This document shows, in pieces, positions 50,794 to 60,681 of a DNA stretch of 64,000 bases. Numbering within the stretch: position 1 is the first letter of the stretch; every line of letters starts with the position of its first letter. The DNA comes from Leptospiraceae bacterium (lineage in GTDB: Bacteria > Spirochaetota > Leptospiria > Leptospirales > Leptonemataceae). A model generated the notes under the pieces. The model ran no database searches. It saw only the letters and a list, made by a program, of their open reading frames with translations, and was not told the origin of the DNA. The translations under genes were made by a program, and so were the position numbers. The DNA lies in the NCBI GenBank assembly GCA_040217195.1, contig JAVJNR010000003.1, positions 320,001 to 384,000 on the forward strand, written 5' to 3'.

Positions 50794-52752
50794 TTGAGTG
50801 GAAGTTTCGCCCTCATGGATCAGTTACTCAGTGTCATTCCCACAGGATTCGTTCGCGTAAACCTGGCAGGTGAGATTACTTTTGCCAACGAAATGGCATG
50901 CCAGATCCTGGATTTGACCCAGGATGAGCTTACACAGACCTACTTTCAAAGTACCGATTTCGGGCAGGTTGGTCTGGATGGAAAACCCATGGATCCATCG
51001 GAGCTGCCACTGGCCATAGCCATGACCGAGAAAAGAGCGGTGAAAGATATGGTCCACGGAATCACCGATCCCAATACAAAGGAACTCCGATGGCTGTCTG
51101 TAAATGCGGCCCCGGAACTGGACAGGGAAGGAAATCTGGAAAGCGCCGTGGCCAGCTTTTCGGACATTACCGATAGAATTAAGAAAGACCAGATCTACCG
51201 AAAGATCATTGAAAATAGCACGGATATGATCTGCTTTCACAGGCCCGATGGCACCTATGAATATGTTAATCCTGCTGCCCATCGAATGCTGGGGTATGAA
51301 GTGCATGAGCTCATTGGCCGGGATCCGTATGAACTATTTCATCCGCAGGATGTAAAGCGAATTCGAGAGCTAAGTCATATTCCAGCCCAGCAGGGGCAAA
51401 GCGAACTGGGCATCCGGTATCGTATTCGACACAAGAATGGCTCCTACGTATGGTTGCAGACCACCACCCATCCAATCACAGATCCGGCCGGCAATGTTAC
51501 CGGTCTACAGACAATCTCCCGGGACGTGGGTAAAGATGTACAGAGAGAGCAGGAAATCCTGAGAGCCAGACTCCTTGCAGAGAAGGCCAATCAGGCCAAG
51601 AGCGAATTCATCGCCAATATGAGTCATGATATTCGAACTCCCATCCATGGAATCCTGGGCCTTACGGAAGTATTACTGGAGGATCCCGGCAATGAATCCC
51701 AGCGCGAAATGCTGGAAATGGTGGATCGGTCCGGACAAAATCTGCTAAACATCATAAATGATCTTCTGGATGTGTCCAAACTGGAGTCAGGTCATGTTCA
51801 GCTACGATATGGATGGTTTGGCCTGGAAAGCTTGATCCACTCTTTGCAGACTCTGTATTCCTCGGAGGCCCAGAGTAAGAACCTGGAGCTTAGTATCGAG
51901 CTATCCGGACATCATGATGGCTTTTTTCTAGGGGATGAAAACAGAATCATTCAGGTACTGGGAAATCTAGTATCAAACGCTTTGCATTACACCCAGGAGG
52001 GAAGCGTTAACGTTACCATACATAGTACGCCCGTGGCTAAGGACCGATGTTTTCTAACCATGATTGTAGAAGACACTGGCCCGGGTATCCCCAGGACCGA
52101 GCAGGAACGGATTTTTGATCGATTTGTACATCTGGACGTGGGCCCTACCCGAAGCAAAGGTGCGGGGCTGGGTTTATCTATCGCTCAGCTACTACTTAAA
52201 GAAATGAACGGTAGAATCTCTCTGGATAGCGATCTGCAGCAGGGCTCCCGGTTCACTGTTGAAATAGAGCTGGAGCATCGCCATTCTGTAATGGAATCAG
52301 AAAGCGCTCAGGACGCAGATCCCTGGAAGGAAATCTCAGCCAGACCATTAAACCTGCTGCTGGCCGAAGATGCTCCCGAAAATCGCATTCTATTAAATCG
52401 ATTCCTGGAACATACCTGCTGGACTCTGGATTTCGCAAAGGATGGGCTGGAAGCCCTGGAGAAAGCGAAACAGAACGATTACGACCTTATCCTGCTGGAC
52501 ATTGCCATGCCTGAAATGAATGGCCTGGCAGTAGCAACGGAGCTCCAGCGCCGATGCAGTCTATCCGGTAGAAAGTTACCTCCTCTAATAGCATTAACAG
52601 CCTACGGTTCAGAAGAGGACTTCGAACGCTCAAGAGAAGCCGGCTTTTCGCTTCATCTAACCAAGCCCTTTAGTAAGTCAAAACTCATCCGAGCCATTGC
52701 CTCCATGCTTGAGGGAAATGGCTCCAGAGATCGTGCCACCGTTAACAGATAG
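50794..52752 (+). CDS. Cytoplasmic PAS-PAS hybrid histidine kinase/receiver
   Basis: Two PAS/PAC domains; MSHDIRTP; NLVSNA, DTGPG, GAGLGL; receiver AED...LDIAMP...TKP. Confidence 0.93.
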   Translation: MSGSFALMDQLLSVIPTGFVRVNLAGEITFANEMACQILDLTQDELTQTYFQSTDFGQVGLDGKPMDPSELPLAIAMTEKRAVKDMVHGITDPNTKELRWLSVNAAPELDREGNLESAVASFSDITDRIKKDQIYRKIIENSTDMICFHRPDGTYEYVNPAAHRMLGYEVHELIGRDPYELFHPQDVKRIRELSHIPAQQGQSELGIRYRIRHKNGSYVWLQTTTHPITDPAGNVTGLQTISRDVGKDVQREQEILRARLLAEKANQAKSEFIANMSHDIRTPIHGILGLTEVLLEDPGNESQREMLEMVDRSGQNLLNIINDLLDVSKLESGHVQLRYGWFGLESLIHSLQTLYSSEAQSKNLELSIELSGHHDGFFLGDENRIIQVLGNLVSNALHYTQEGSVNVTIHSTPVAKDRCFLTMIVEDTGPGIPRTEQERIFDRFVHLDVGPTRSKGAGLGLSIAQLLLKEMNGRISLDSDLQQGSRFTVEIELEHRHSVMESESAQDADPWKEISARPLNLLLAEDAPENRILLNRFLEHTCWTLDFAKDGLEALEKAKQNDYDLILLDIAMPEMNGLAVATELQRRCSLSGRKLPPLIALTAYGSEEDFERSREAGFSLHLTKPFSKSKLIRAIASMLEGNGSRDRATVNR

Positions 52753-52889
52753 ATGTTATAAGAACTAACCATTTCTTTGGCACCATTTAGTCCCTGGCAG
52801 CATGCTGGCAGAGACTGGCACAGCAGACTCAGTAAATCTGAGCCCACTGTATTGCTGGTTCTATCTGGACCGGCCGGATAAAAAGAGCC

Positions 52890-54017
52890 CTATTGCTGAA
52901 TCTGAAAAGCAGGCAACCATTCAGTACCATTGTGGAAATAGCCCTGGTCTCCATTCAAAGGTACGGCCAGAAATTCATTTCGCGTCGGATGTTTCAGGAT
53001 AATATATTTTTCATCCCTTCGCGCTTCCTGATATTTCTGCTTGCCCGTAAGAGCGCTTTCCAGAATCCAATCGTTGCCTTCTTTGTAGAATTTGGCCTTG
53101 ATTTGAGCCGCATAGCTATCGCTGCCAATTACTTCCGGTGGATCCGTATCCTCACCGCTGCGTGCAAATGGTGCGATGGCAGTAAGAAAGCTGCTTTCCT
53201 GCCTACCAATGCCGCCATCCTTAATGATTTTTCCGGAAGGATCGGCCACCTTCATGGTCGGGTATCCACTAAATTGAAATTTACTTTTATCCGAGTTTGT
53301 ATCCAGAATTCGCAGAGCTACAAATCCGCTATTCAAAGCCTGGGCAACAGAACTCTGGGAGAATACATCTCTTTCCAGGTAGCGACAATAACCGCACCAC
53401 TCCGGGGCCGTAATTACAACAAAGACGTTCTTTCCGGAACTGCGAGCCTTCTGAAACGCTTCATCGTAAGATGTGACCCAATTGATATTTGATGTGGAAC
53501 GAAATTGAACGTTTTGCTTCTTGCCGGTTATTTTGATTCTAAGAAGCTTTTTGAATTCCTGCGGTTTATAGCAAACATTGGTTTTGGAGTTACACATCTG
53601 AGTCTTAATGACTATTGGAACAGCATAGGTTTTGGGCCCTGCATCTCGCCCCTTCTGCTCAAAGATGGAGAGTTCATATCTTCCGGCGGATTGGGCACGA
53701 CCCTTGCCTCGAAGAATAAAATCGGTTTCGTACTTTTCGCCTTCCGGTGCACTCTTAACTTCAACACCAAAGCCCTGGTCCTCTGGAATGTGAAATGAAG
53801 TGACAATATTAAAACTCATGGAAGTGGCATTCCGAAGATAGATATGATGATCCTCCGGCAGTTTGACATCCAGCGCTATTGTAGCGGTTCCGCCCGGGCT
53901 GATCTCCAAATTGCCCGCTTTGTCTACCAGCTCAAAATCTGTGGGTAGCTGCCTGGCCTCCAGACCGGTTGCGGCCAGGACCAGAAATGACAGAACCCAG
54001 ATTAATCGATTTTTCAT
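52890..54017 (-). CDS. Exported DsbD-alpha-like plus thioredoxin-fold protein
   Basis: Signal peptide; HHIY and QMCNSKTNVCYKP (DsbD N-domain-like); APEWCGYC..L and cis-Pro GYPT. Confidence 0.75.
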   Translation of the reverse strand: MKNRLIWVLSFLVLAATGLEARQLPTDFELVDKAGNLEISPGGTATIALDVKLPEDHHIYLRNATSMSFNIVTSFHIPEDQGFGVEVKSAPEGEKYETDFILRGKGRAQSAGRYELSIFEQKGRDAGPKTYAVPIVIKTQMCNSKTNVCYKPQEFKKLLRIKITGKKQNVQFRSTSNINWVTSYDEAFQKARSSGKNVFVVITAPEWCGYCRYLERDVFSQSSVAQALNSGFVALRILDTNSDKSKFQFSGYPTMKVADPSGKIIKDGGIGRQESSFLTAIAPFARSGEDTDPPEVIGSDSYAAQIKAKFYKEGNDWILESALTGKQKYQEARRDEKYIILKHPTRNEFLAVPLNGDQGYFHNGTEWLPAFQIQQ

Positions 54018-54140
54018 ATTGTTCTCCTTATTTTCAGGACCAGTGTACTTCTAATCAGATCCACTCTATTGATGGTTTCAAATTGGACCGGTTTTTTCTA
54101 AATTCCATTACCGGTTCCAGGCATTCATCCCTATGCAATT

Positions 54141-54860
54141 CTAATCCTTTGGACGATGCATGGGAGCCAGGGTTGTCATGTCTTTTTCGTCTTCCGGTGG
54201 TATGGCGATGGGCTCTCCCAGAAATCTGGGATTGGTTCCGAGGAAAAATAGATCCACCAGAACCAGGGAGCGAGCAGGAATCTCTCTTAGATAAGTCTTA
54301 ACCCCTTCACCTATGTATACATCTCTGGCGTTGAAACCAACTATATCGATTCCATGGTGTAATCCAATGAGTATAGCCCGTTCGTTGTGAAATCGCTGTG
54401 AAATAACGGTTAGCGAAGTCTGTCCGAACACCTGCCTGGCTCGTACCACTGAATCCAGAGTTCTAAAACCAGCAAAGTCCATTACGATGCGATTCGCAGG
54501 TACACCCCGAGCCATCAAGGCATCTTTCATGGCCCTGGGCTCATTGTAGCTATGGGTACTGTTATCTCCGCTTACCAGGATGTAATCAATCTTGCCCTGG
54601 TTAAATAAGGCCATGGCAGCCTCAATACGATAAATAAAGAACAGGTTTCGCTGACCTCCCCGCACATATCGAGAGGTGCCAAGTACCAGCCCAACGCGAT
54701 TCTGAGGGACAGCTGACGGGGAATCAAAAATTCTGGCTCTAACAGTATAGGAGACCCAGAAGTAACTTGCATACAGAGCGCCGGAAAGGAACAAGAAGGT
54801 CAATGCGGCCAGCAGCAAAGAGATCTTTATTCGCAAGGACACAGGCCATTGTTTGAGCAC
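54141..54860 (-). CDS. sanA: SanA/DUF218 family protein
   Basis: GLVLGT, VSGDN...YNEP..M, DFAGFRTLDS, SQRFHNERA, LRE..AR. Confidence 0.9.
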   Translation of the reverse strand: MLKQWPVSLRIKISLLLAALTFLFLSGALYASYFWVSYTVRARIFDSPSAVPQNRVGLVLGTSRYVRGGQRNLFFIYRIEAAMALFNQGKIDYILVSGDNSTHSYNEPRAMKDALMARGVPANRIVMDFAGFRTLDSVVRARQVFGQTSLTVISQRFHNERAILIGLHHGIDIVGFNARDVYIGEGVKTYLREIPARSLVLVDLFFLGTNPRFLGEPIAIPPEDEKDMTTLAPMHRPKD

Positions 54861-57314
54861 ATGGAGCCAGCCCGCAAACCAAAAAGCTCAGCCCTCGCCC
54901 CCGGAATTTTTTCAGGGAGCCCGGGGACGGCCCTTCTTTTTTCAATTCTGATTCTAATATCTGGATGCGGAGGGCCCGGACCGGCCAGTCTGGTCCATGA
55001 AGGCGAAGCTACGATCCATTTCGCCAGCCTGGAAAAAGAAGGTATTCGGAATCTACATGGCAAATGGGCTTTCATTCCCGATGGTCGGCCAGGACCGGAA
55101 GCGCTTCCCACGGAGCGGTTCGCAACGGTTCCTGGGACCTGGACTGCGGATCTATTTGATGAACAGTCCACCCTGACCCATCGCAAAGGACTCTATCAGC
55201 TGCAACTGCAGCTGGATCGAATGGAACCCATTTCCTTGCGATTCACCGAAATAATGACTGAATCCTGTATCTACCTGGACGGAAAAAGAATCCACTGTCA
55301 GGGAATGGTAGCTCCAGACGCTTTAGATTCCATTCCAAATACAAGTCCATTCACCCTGGTCATGGTTCCGGAGCGTCTGAACCCGGTGCTTCATATTGAA
55401 GTTTCAAACAATCACCATAGGAAGGGCGGAATCTTCGGAACGGTGGCCGTTGGAACTCAGGAGCAAATCCAGCAACTGGACCGTTCTCGCATGAGCCGCT
55501 ATTTGCTCGTGGCCGGAGCCTTACTTCTAACCGCCGTCTATTTTGGTCTGGTAGGACTTGCCGAGGGCCGAGCAGAAACGAATCTTTCCCTGGCTTTGTT
55601 TTGCGCCATTGCCATGGTTCGGATTATGACAGCGGGCGAGAAACCAGCCGTTTCCTTCTTTCCGGACCTCTCCTACTTTGTATACCTCAGATTGCAGTAC
55701 ATCACATACTTTCTTAGCGTTGCCAGCGCGCTTCACTATCTGTACACAATGTTTCCTGCGGATGTCCACCGCGTACTGGTCTATGTATCTTTTGCGGTGG
55801 CCGGCGCATTTTCGCTATTTGCAATTTTTGTAAGCACGACTTTACTCTCCTACTCTCTGAGCTACTATGCTTTCTTTTTCTTTTCCGTGGTAGGATACTG
55901 TACCTATGCAATACTTAGAGCCAGCTATTACAGAAGAACTGGATCCTGGTTTGTTCTTGCAGGGATGATGTCCCTACTTGTCGCAGTGATCGTAGATTTC
56001 CTGCGAGTCTATGAAGTTGCTCTCGTGCAGTACCTCGTAGGAGATGCCATTTTAATATTGATCTTATGCCAGGCGGTGGCCACCAGTTTGCAGAACAGAA
56101 ATGTTCATCTACGCATGGGTCAGCTGCAAACTGAAAAGGACCAGGCAGATGCTGCCGCAAGAAATAACCGTGAATTTCTATCCCGGATGAGCCATGAGCT
56201 TCGTACCCCTCTGCATTCCATAGTTCATATAGGCCACCTCCTAAAGGAGGAGAAGGATCCGTCCAGAGCCACGGACTATGTAAATACATTGCAATCTGCT
56301 TCCGACCATCTCTTAACACTGGTAAATGACGTTCTAGACTTTAACCGAATGGTTCAGGGAAAACTGAAATACCAGGAAGGATCCTTTTCTCTGCGACTAC
56401 TGTTAAATCGAGTGATTGTAATACACAGGGAAAGGGCTTTCGGCAAAGGACTGGATTTGCATCTGGACCTATCAGATGAAATACCGGACCGCTACCTGGG
56501 GGACTCGCATAGAATATCTCAGGTACTGCATAACCTGATTGGTAATGCAATCAAGTTCACATCCGATGGACAGATTACAATCTCGGTCACACCTGCTCAA
56601 GAAGAGGGCCAGTCTGGACCGCTCGATTTTTCCGTAAAAGACACTGGCATTGGAATGTCTGCAGATCAGCTTCCCATGATTTTTGAAAGCTACTTTCAGG
56701 GCGGATTTAACACGGATCGCAAGCATGAAGGTACCGGTCTGGGACTTGCCATTTCCCAGGAGCTTGTGCGACTGATGGGAGGCGAACTCAAAGTAGATAG
56801 CGCTCCGGGTCAGGGTTCCACTTTCTCATTTTCGCTTCCACTTTCTCTGGACCCGGAAGGAGACAGGCCTCCCGAGCTATCCGAGATTTCAGAAGCGCTT
56901 TCCGTGGCCGGGGCCGGACTAACTGAATCCCGAGCCTTTCGTCAGGAATTGATCTTTATTGTGGATGATAACCCGGACAATAGAAAGCTCACAAGCCGCT
57001 TTCTAGAGAAATGGAATTTGCAATACATGGAAGCGGCCAGCGGACGAGAAGCTCTGACTTTACTTGGAAAACATTATCCGCATCTCATACTATTAGATTT
57101 GCATATGCCGGACATGGATGGTTTTGCAACTTTGAATGCTCTCCGGGCCAAAGACTATGCCGGTCCCATCATTGCAGCTACTGCAGATGTAAGTAATGAG
57201 ACCAGGCAACGTCTGGTCGAGGCAGGCTTTGATGGCTTCATCGGAAAGCCATTTTCACCGGCGAATTTTCACCAGATTCTGGCCGGTTATTTGAACGCTG
57301 GCCTGAGTCGCTAA
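54861..57314 (+). CDS. 7TM-DISM-type hybrid histidine kinase/receiver
   Basis: Extracellular beta domain (LHGKWAF..VPG.W), seven TM segments, MSHELRTP, GNAIKFT, DTGIG, GTGLGL, receiver DD...LDLHMP...KP. Confidence 0.92.
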   Translation: MEPARKPKSSALAPGIFSGSPGTALLFSILILISGCGGPGPASLVHEGEATIHFASLEKEGIRNLHGKWAFIPDGRPGPEALPTERFATVPGTWTADLFDEQSTLTHRKGLYQLQLQLDRMEPISLRFTEIMTESCIYLDGKRIHCQGMVAPDALDSIPNTSPFTLVMVPERLNPVLHIEVSNNHHRKGGIFGTVAVGTQEQIQQLDRSRMSRYLLVAGALLLTAVYFGLVGLAEGRAETNLSLALFCAIAMVRIMTAGEKPAVSFFPDLSYFVYLRLQYITYFLSVASALHYLYTMFPADVHRVLVYVSFAVAGAFSLFAIFVSTTLLSYSLSYYAFFFFSVVGYCTYAILRASYYRRTGSWFVLAGMMSLLVAVIVDFLRVYEVALVQYLVGDAILILILCQAVATSLQNRNVHLRMGQLQTEKDQADAAARNNREFLSRMSHELRTPLHSIVHIGHLLKEEKDPSRATDYVNTLQSASDHLLTLVNDVLDFNRMVQGKLKYQEGSFSLRLLLNRVIVIHRERAFGKGLDLHLDLSDEIPDRYLGDSHRISQVLHNLIGNAIKFTSDGQITISVTPAQEEGQSGPLDFSVKDTGIGMSADQLPMIFESYFQGGFNTDRKHEGTGLGLAISQELVRLMGGELKVDSAPGQGSTFSFSLPLSLDPEGDRPPELSEISEALSVAGAGLTESRAFRQELIFIVDDNPDNRKLTSRFLEKWNLQYMEAASGREALTLLGKHYPHLILLDLHMPDMDGFATLNALRAKDYAGPIIAATADVSNETRQRLVEAGFDGFIGKPFSPANFHQILAGYLNAGLSR

Positions 57315-57422
57315 ATGTTCTATAATCCAACGTCCTAATCACACTTTTTTGCTTCGCATGATGGACAAATACCTTCCCCTCCAGAGTTCAATTAAGAAAT
57401 TATGACTCTCTGCGCTCCCAGA

Positions 57423-57600
57423 GTAAAAAAACTCGCGGAGCCCCACCCATCTACCTGGCCCTGCCTTCGAGGAAGCTACCGGTCGTTACGATCTTCAATC
57501 ATACACCGGGACCTTCCAGGGTTGCAGAATTCTACGAGCACTGGCCTATGTCGCACGTTACAAGAAATTTCTCTCCAATCTGAACCGAACTGCGAACTTG
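57423..57600 (-). ncRNA. Candidate structured non-coding RNA (unassigned)
   Basis: Four nested helices in 57461-57527 with G-U pairs favouring the minus strand, possible closing stem, 3' U7 run; no Rfam family recognised. Confidence 0.3.
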
Positions 57601-57702
57601 CTTCTTTTTTCGCATCCGGTAACTGCAACACCTCAAATTTCGGTGGCAATCCTGAAGCATTATTCGTCTAAATTCTATAAGTCTCGATCTACTGGAGAAA
57701 GA

Positions 57703-58338
57703 ATGATACCCTGGAAAAACGCTTCCAAATTGCTGCTTTCGGCGGCCTGCATATCGGTTCTTGGTGCAATGACGCTTTCAGCCACCTGCGGACAAAAACC
57801 CGGCGAAGGAAGAGAACTGGATTTTAATAAAGAAAGCTTGAGCGATTCCAGGGTCGTCTGGAGCGAGACTGCAAAACGCCTGGGCAACTCATATACCTAT
57901 ATCAGAGTACAGGGAAGTATGACCGGCGAAACCTACATTACACTGGTTCGCTTCGAAAAGGGAGAGCTCACGGCCCGTATCTATAAAAGACTCAAGGTTG
58001 GAGTCAAAGATGGAAAACGGCAGGTAGAAATCCGAGAAGCCTGGATGGCAACTAAAGGTATGAAGCGACTTTCTGGCGGCGAAGGCGGCTTTCCCGGAAT
58101 GTCCATGGACGAGCTCTACAAAGCCTGTGAAGAAGAGATTATGGGTCGAGATCCGGAAAAGAACCATGTTGCACTGGCTGCCGATGAGCGTGGAGTCCTG
58201 AAACGTTGCTACTATTCCCCCAGACTCTGCGCCGATGACTGCGGCAAAAGCTATGATGTTAGTCATTTTTATGAGAAGGCCATAAGTGATGAAGTTCTTA
58301 ACGACTATGTTAAGGGACCTGAAATAGAACTAAAATAG
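57703..58338 (+). CDS. Hypothetical exported Cys-containing protein
   Basis: GGAG RBS; signal peptide; MDELYKAC...CYYSPRLCADDC. Confidence 0.7.
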   Translation: MIPWKNASKLLLSAACISVLGAMTLSATCGQKPGEGRELDFNKESLSDSRVVWSETAKRLGNSYTYIRVQGSMTGETYITLVRFEKGELTARIYKRLKVGVKDGKRQVEIREAWMATKGMKRLSGGEGGFPGMSMDELYKACEEEIMGRDPEKNHVALAADERGVLKRCYYSPRLCADDCGKSYDVSHFYEKAISDEVLNDYVKGPEIELK

Positions 58339-58364
58339 ATAACTACCTGAAAGAAGAAAAAAGA

Positions 58365-58381
58365 CCGGGAACTCTTCCCGG
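58365..58381. terminator. Hairpin upstream of the astacin genes
   Basis: ccgggaa-ctc-ttcccgg preceded by an A-rich run (U-tract on the minus strand). Confidence 0.4.
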
Positions 58382-58399
58382 CGCGAACGGAGTGCAAGC

Positions 58400-59488
58400 A
58401 TGAAAGACATCGGAGAAAAGCTGATCAAGATTACCCTGGCATTATTACTATCGCTGGGACTGGGACTGCAATTGAATTGCAGTCCCGAAGAACTGGCTGC
58501 CCTTCAGGGCGAAGAAGAGGAAGAAGAAGATCCGTTGGATCAGCTGATTCAGGAATGGTTACTCTACGAACTATTTGATATTGGAAACGGTGCCTGCAAT
58601 GTGCAGCAGGGATTGCTGCTGGAGACATTGATTGCTCAGTATATTGCAGAGGGGGGTACCTCAAATGACCAGGCGGCTTCTGCCTCGGATCCATTCTACG
58701 ATCCCATTGGGGACCAACCGCTTCCGGATCTTGGCCCGCCAGTCCAGAAATATATTCTTGGGCCTTACGGTCCGCAGCCAATTACTGTTTTTGAGTATGA
58801 GCCCGGTGTCTATATGAAAGAAAGCGACATGCTTTTCAAAGAAGACCAATTATACGATTATCCGGATACTGCGGAGTCTGCATACCTGAGCTCCGGATAT
58901 GCCACCGACAACTCCGATCGCTGGCCACAGGACGGAGCCACCTTCAAAGTACCGTACACAATAGATAGCTCTTTACCGGCGGAAACCATAAATGAGATAA
59001 ACCAGGCCATTGCCCACTGGCAGGAGCGAAGCTTTTTCCGATTCGTTGCGAGGAACGGAGAAACGGATTTTATTCATTTCCAGGACGGCAGCAGTGGTTG
59101 CAACTCCTTCGTCGGCAAAAGGGGTAGCCAGCAGAATATTAATCTGGCTCCCAATTGTGGGTTCGGAGCAGCAGTCCATGAAATTGGTCATGCACTTGGG
59201 CTCTGGCATGAGCAGAGCCGCACAGACAGGGATTCCTATGTTGTAGTTTACCTTGATCGAACAGATGGAGACTCCAATTATGATAAGGAGAGTAGCCATG
59301 ATATTGGTCCGTATGATTATGAGTCCATCATGCACTATGGTTCATTCTACTTTGCCACCAGTGATCAACCAGTAATGACGAAGACAGATGGGAGTCTAAT
59401 TGAGCCGAATCGTCGAGCGCTAACTGATTGCGACGTTACAGGGGCACAGACGATTCACTCGGACTCCACTTACAACAGCAATCTTTGA
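58400..59488 (+). CDS. M12A astacin-family metallopeptidase, lipoprotein (copy 1)
   Basis: LQLNC lipobox; pro-motif ESDMLF; RWP..VPY; GCNSFVG; HEIGHALGLWHEQSRTDRD; Met-turn SIMHY. Confidence 0.93.
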   Translation: MKDIGEKLIKITLALLLSLGLGLQLNCSPEELAALQGEEEEEEDPLDQLIQEWLLYELFDIGNGACNVQQGLLLETLIAQYIAEGGTSNDQAASASDPFYDPIGDQPLPDLGPPVQKYILGPYGPQPITVFEYEPGVYMKESDMLFKEDQLYDYPDTAESAYLSSGYATDNSDRWPQDGATFKVPYTIDSSLPAETINEINQAIAHWQERSFFRFVARNGETDFIHFQDGSSGCNSFVGKRGSQQNINLAPNCGFGAAVHEIGHALGLWHEQSRTDRDSYVVVYLDRTDGDSNYDKESSHDIGPYDYESIMHYGSFYFATSDQPVMTKTDGSLIEPNRRALTDCDVTGAQTIHSDSTYNSNL

Positions 59489-59507
59489 CAGGGCAATACT
59501 ATACTCT

Positions 59508-59533
59508 GAACCTGTGCCACTCGGCACAGGTTC
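59508..59533. terminator. Perfect 11-bp hairpin between the astacin paralogs
   Basis: gaacctgtgcc-actc-ggcacaggttc; no U-tract. Confidence 0.55.
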
Positions 59534-59560
59534 CGTCCACGATCTGGTACCAAGGATCCC

Positions 59561-60610
59561 ATGAACGGCATAAAACCAAAAATACTTCGCACTACGGCCG
59601 GCCTCTTGCTCGCAGCCAGTCTCAATTGCTCGTTGCCTGGACTAATTGAAGAAAAGGAGGATAATAGCGATGTATTGGCTGCCCTATTACTTTTCGAGGC
59701 TAACCTTGGTCCCGAATGTAGCAAATTAACCAGTTCGCTGGACTTTCCGGCAAAAACCTTTGCGATTTCTGGCCCTTCCTATCTCAATGACTCTCATCCG
59801 GACGGAGCGGCATTAGATGCTGATTCGGCCCCGGTTTTCAAATTCGTGTTGGTCCCCGGGGGTTGGACCTATGTCGCTCTACAGCAATCCAGGGAGGGAT
59901 ACCGGTGGGGAGATATGATCTTCACTGAAAAGAATGTTTCAGATTATGCGCCCATCGGAACTGCAAACAACTCCGGTGTGAACAAATATAACGGTCTTGC
60001 ATGGAATGATGCCACTCTTCGCTGGCCTATCAGCAACGGAAAAATTCAGGTCCCTTACATCATCGATGGTAGCGCGAATGCCACAACAATTGCAAAAATC
60101 AACTCGGCGATTGCCCATTGGGAACGATACGCTCAAATAGATTTTTTCGAAAGGACCGCCGAGGCCGGTTACATTAACTTTATTCAACCAACGTCCAGTT
60201 CCACATGTAGCGCCGTTGTCGGGTATCAAGGAAATGCACAGGAAATAAATCTGGGCACTGATTGCAGCGCAGGAAATGCAGTACATGAGATTGGGCATGC
60301 CCTGGGCCTCATGCACACTCAACAGAGAAATGATCGCGATAACCATGTAAGGGTTTACACAGACAACATCCTATCTGGCTATGAGTTCAATTACTCGAAG
60401 CTTGGCACTTATGGCCTGGACATTGGCCGCTACGACATCGAATCCATAATGCACTATGGATCATTAAGCTTCGCCAAGAGTGTTAGCCAGCCTGCTATGA
60501 CAACATTGGACGGTAGCTTATTCGGAGCAAATCGCTCAGCTCTGACCACCTGTGACGTCTATGTGGCGGAAACTATCCACATGGACGGACGTTTCAACTC
60601 AAAGCTCTAA
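59561..60610 (+). CDS. M12A astacin-family metallopeptidase, lipoprotein (copy 2)
   Basis: ASLNC lipobox; WGDMIF; HEIGHALGLMHTQQRNDRD; SIMHY. Confidence 0.93.
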   Translation: MNGIKPKILRTTAGLLLAASLNCSLPGLIEEKEDNSDVLAALLLFEANLGPECSKLTSSLDFPAKTFAISGPSYLNDSHPDGAALDADSAPVFKFVLVPGGWTYVALQQSREGYRWGDMIFTEKNVSDYAPIGTANNSGVNKYNGLAWNDATLRWPISNGKIQVPYIIDGSANATTIAKINSAIAHWERYAQIDFFERTAEAGYINFIQPTSSSTCSAVVGYQGNAQEINLGTDCSAGNAVHEIGHALGLMHTQQRNDRDNHVRVYTDNILSGYEFNYSKLGTYGLDIGRYDIESIMHYGSLSFAKSVSQPAMTTLDGSLFGANRSALTTCDVYVAETIHMDGRFNSKL

Positions 60611-60681
60611 TGCCCCTGTGAGCACCGAAAGTCATCAAATTCGCAAAACCACGGCAAATTGAAGCAGTTAATCAGCCGAAC

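Noticed and set aside
57455..57480. ccttcgaggaagc resembling SRP RNA helix 8
   Set aside because: Lacks the GNRA tetraloop and the CAGG/AGCA internal loop; those bases fit better in the longer hairpin reported above
60615..60670. cgcaaaaccacgg resembling part of a c-di-GMP-I riboswitch
   Set aside because: No GGCAAA/GAAA P2 stem upstream, and it lies between convergent genes
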